In this document: piece after piece, positions 60,471 through 64,000 of the stretch
Layout: every line of letters begins with the position of its first letter
Numbering within the stretch: position 1 is the stretch's first letter
NCBI GenBank assembly: GCA_028534125.1
Contig: CM052816.1
Coordinates: 96,288,001 to 96,352,000, forward strand
Source: Lama glama
Taxonomy: Eukaryota
Direction: 5' to 3'
Length of the DNA stretch: 64,000 nucleotides
Made by a program: the position numbers and the translations under genes
The notes under the pieces: generated by a model
The model's input: the letters and a program-made list of their open reading frames with translations, nothing else
Databases searched by the model: none
What the model was told of the DNA's origin: nothing

Positions 60471-63400
60471 CCCGGGGGCTGCCTGAGGACGCATTAGAGA
60501 GTGACTGCAGGTCAAGGGAGACTTCACTTAAACACGTATCAAGCCTGCTCTCAGCCATGGGTTCGCGTAAACGCTTCCTTAACGCGCACGGAAGGAGCGG
60601 CCTTGAGGGAGCTCGCGCTGACACACACCTGACGCTCCTGGACGACGGTTCCCTCGCTGCTGGAATAAACCATGCACGTTTCCCAGCACCGTCAAACCAC
60701 TCTCAGCGCTGACTTCCACCCGTGGTCATGAACTTTCTTTAGCCCCAGGGTGTCTTTTACACTTCCGTGGAGTTTTCTTGTGTGGCATTTTGGGGTAACT
60801 ACGTTGAATTCAGTCTTTCTGTTTCAGAAGATGACTCTGGGGCACCTGTCCAGAGACAACAGGTACCCGTGGCGGATGCCCGGCTGAGCCTGCTCCGAGC
60901 AGCTGCTCTCCTTGTGCGTCATCCCGCAGCTCCGATCACCATTTTCTGTGAAGGCAGGGAATTAAATTAACAACAATCTTGAATCTTCCCAAATGCAAAT
61001 TCTCCCCTCTTATTTTTTAAGATGGTACAAATTGGAGTTCACAGACCTCATTGGCTGTGTCCCGCACATTATTCCTTCTAATGTCTCTTATTTCGTGGTA
61101 ATTTATGTTGACTTGGTGATTTATGGTGACGCTACCAAAAAGTGATTACCTCTGATTACCTCTGGCTTTATTATTAGACACTAGAAAGCCATGCTGAGCC
61201 CCTTGCTTCTCTAATCAATGGGTGTGAAATAGGAGAACAGAGTAACACTCATTTTGGCCTGAGAAATGCACAAAAGGAACTGCTGACTGTTTTGCAGCAC
61301 ATTAGCGTGTCAGGTAAAGTATCTGGGGACCAGCGACAGTTGTGGGGTTTATTTCAGCTGTACTTTCCTACCGAGATCATTAATAATAATTGATTTAAAG
61401 ATGTTTTGTAACTCTGTAAATACAGAACCAAGGCATTCTGGTGATCTATTTTGATAACCTGATAAAAGGCAAGAAAATAAATTGCTTTAATCCTGGCCTC
61501 TTTTCTCTTTTGGAAATTGAAAAATAATGAGCAAGATGCAGGGACTTTTAGAATGACTACTCCATACTCTTTTTCTATGGATTTACGTTAAAGATGCATT
61601 ATAGATATTGCTGGAGCAGGTGGATCCAGGTTTTTTCTGAATGGTCATATGTTGCATCACCAAAAATTAGGTACTTGTTGCAGAAGCATCAGGAATGGAG
61701 ACGTCTTCTTTTGAAAATATAAGTTCACACTGCAAAGGGACAAGGGATATCGTCAAAACCGAATTCAGAGCCTGACACTAAGCACTGTGCCCAGTGAAAC
61801 TGCCTCATACAGTATTCTCATTTGATCAGATTAGTTCTGCCATAAAAAACAATCAGGCTTATGACCCGTGACCAGGTTCGGTACCATTCAAGCAGACACG
61901 TTTCACTTTGTTGACGTGATGGCGGTAATGAGTCAGAGATGCTTTAAGGCCTGAAAGGAGAAAGCTCGAGCCAGAAAACCACCCTGTGGCATTTCTTAAA
62001 CTAACATATTGCGTCCACAATAAAATTCATTCCACCTCTTCCATGTGAGAAATCTGAGGCCACCAGTTCAAACACGGTCCTGTTCTTTCTCAGCTTTTTG
62101 GCCACTTTAAGCCAAATGGCCCAGGTATGAGACGTATGGAAGTTCAAAATGGTTCCCGTGTCAGGTAATATGAGCTGGGAGCAAAATCTGGATTCTGGAA
62201 AATCCAAACTATCCTGGCATCTTGTCACTAAGAAGAGAGCTTCGATAGGAGGTGCAGATAGCTCAATTTCCTGTACAATGTTGCCAGTGCCTTGTTTTAA
62301 GATGGTGATTTAACACTTCATCTGGGTCTTGTTGGTTCAAAGCAGAGGACTGATTGGCTGTACTTTGAAGGAAATCATTCTTAGGTGTCCTTGAACTCAG
62401 GAACAGAACTTGAACAAGAAGCACACCGCAGTCAGAGGTGACTTCCGCCGTCACAGGGGTGCGGCACCAGAGGAAGAGTGCCCTGGTGTGTTCAGAATTT
62501 AGGTGAACCCATCTCAGCCTTCCAGAAACTGACATCACTTTAATTTTACATCTTCCAAAAAAACAAACACCTTAGCATTTGTTCTGTAGTAGGAATGCCA
62601 ACATGATGCCTATAGAAGGTAGAGGTTTTTGTCACTGTCCCTCTTGGGGCAAGTCTGTAGAGTCAAAAAGTCAGATACAGGCTGGTGATGGCTGCCACAG
62701 ATTCGGGGGGTGGGATGAGAGCCACCTGGAATATTGCCTGCTGTTTGTTTGTTTGAGGTGGAGTGTCAAAACTGCTTCACAAGTTCACAAATTTGTCACT
62801 CAATTTGGGTTAAGAAAGTTAACGGTGTTTTCTCTGCTAAAGTTGATTTCTTTTCCCCTGTACCATGACTGTTGGCCAAAATCAAACTTGAACTTCTGCA
62901 CTTTGAAAGAAAGCACAGTATGAACCTTCAACACAAGTACCTACATTCATCACCAAAATTCTACATCGTCCGCAAAGAAAATACACAAACTTGGTCCAAT
63001 GTAGGGTTCTTCAAAAGTGTGTACCTAAACTTGTGTATTATGCCACTTGATGTGACTTTTGAAGACGTTACAAAATGTTAAACGCCTCATTCTGTGTTAA
63101 TTTGCTGTTGCTGTTTTGTGATACAAAATAAACTTATTTGGGATTGTTTCATTTTTTTTCTTTGAACCTTCTCCCAAGCCACCTTGTGCCCTTGGTAAAC
63201 TTAGAGAAAGTTACTGACCTTGAGGTTCATTTTTTAAAGGCAAAATGTATTCGTCATAATGGAGCTTTTTCAGGATGAGGTAGCACTGTCTCCCCTTCAT
63301 TTGAATGAGAGAAATGGAGCTTTGGCTGCCCTGTCGGGATGCTCGTGGGTTGCCAGGCACTCCCTTGCAGGACCATTGCGGGTACCACACAGTTTCTCCG

Positions 63401-64000
63401 TCCTTACATTTGACTTTCAGGGTTTCATCGGAAACCTGGATGTTAGAAATGTGCAGTACAAGTTTCTAGTGGTCTTCACTTTCATCTTTTCTGTTCATCA
63501 ATTTGCTGGTCTTAAACGCTCATGTGAGAGCTGTCCAGATCTACATCCAGGAAGGTTGTCTAGTGACACCTGACAGAGACTCAGTTTTCAGAATCAGTTT
63601 AGGACCCCGGTTGTGGCCAGGCAGGCGGGACCTTATCTCCTGCTGCCCCGTATCAACAGTGGAAGTTCAGGGAGGGGCGGGCGGGTGACCCAGCCAGTCA
63701 GCAGACACCAGCTCTCATCCTCCCAGCCTCACCCCTGAGGAAAACAGATGTGCTCATAAGGTCAAATGAGCTGGTGTCACAGCAGTGAGACTTTCCTGCT
63801 CATCCTCTGTTCTTGGCGAATTGCCAGTTGCTAGAAACCTCGTCATCTTTTGCAAACAATAAATTCATAAAGAATAACCCCTAGTCCTGGTGACGGTCCA
63901 GCCATCTTCCTTTCATAGCAGCTCTTCCTCATCTCTATCTGCCATTTTGGGGACAAAATAAGAGAACCCTAATATGTACAGTAAAAATTGTATTATATTT

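Larger units (their letters stand above)
1..64000 (+). other. SEMA5A: Partial SEMA5A transcription unit (internal exons and introns; both gene ends outside the window)
   Basis: Seven exons with canonical AG/GT ends and matching phases (2-2, 2-0, 0-1, 1-1, 1-1, 1-1, 1-1) join into one ORF whose peptide I recognise as the semaphorin-5A TSR region and stalk. Introns: 351-12154, 12303-44417, 44644-47537, 47757-53541, 53713-55246, 55403-57124, 57173 onward. Confidence 0.95.

Noticed and set aside
61143..61162. 10-bp tandem duplication tgattacctc x2
   Set aside because: An ordinary slippage duplication with no further structure.
1..64000. Prokaryotic-style novel system (CRISPR array, operon, defence island)
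   Set aside because: The window is a spliced mammalian gene with eutherian repeats. There are no repeat-spacer arrays or dense ORF clusters.

Overview
Mammalian (eukaryotic) genomic DNA from inside the + strand SEMA5A (semaphorin-5A) gene. Seven GT-AG-bounded coding exons (207-350, 12155-12302, 44418-44643, 47538-47756, 53542-53712, 55247-55402, 57125-57172; 1112 nt) splice into one uninterrupted frame. That frame encodes thrombospondin type-1 repeats and the juxtamembrane stalk. The Sema domain lies upstream of the window and the transmembrane exon is not visible. The rest is intron, with ordinary eutherian repeats (L1 3' ends, a nested MaLR/MLT1 element, an ERV1-type solo LTR, MLT1A, MER5A, MER53, MER91, MIR, L2), microsatellites and two 500-N scaffold gaps. 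Two Vic-1-like tRNA-derived SINEs point to a camelid (inference). All repeat family names come from recalled consensus sequences, not a database search. I found no convincing novel biological system. The best leads are small-scale: (i) a 71-bp locally templated insertion inside an L1; (ii) an open read-through of the second visible exon through an 18-bp minisatellite, followed by two AATAAA signals (possible secreted isoform); (iii) two twin-primed inverted L1s; (iv) patches of AT-to-GC biased substitution; (v) several testable splice-site oddities.
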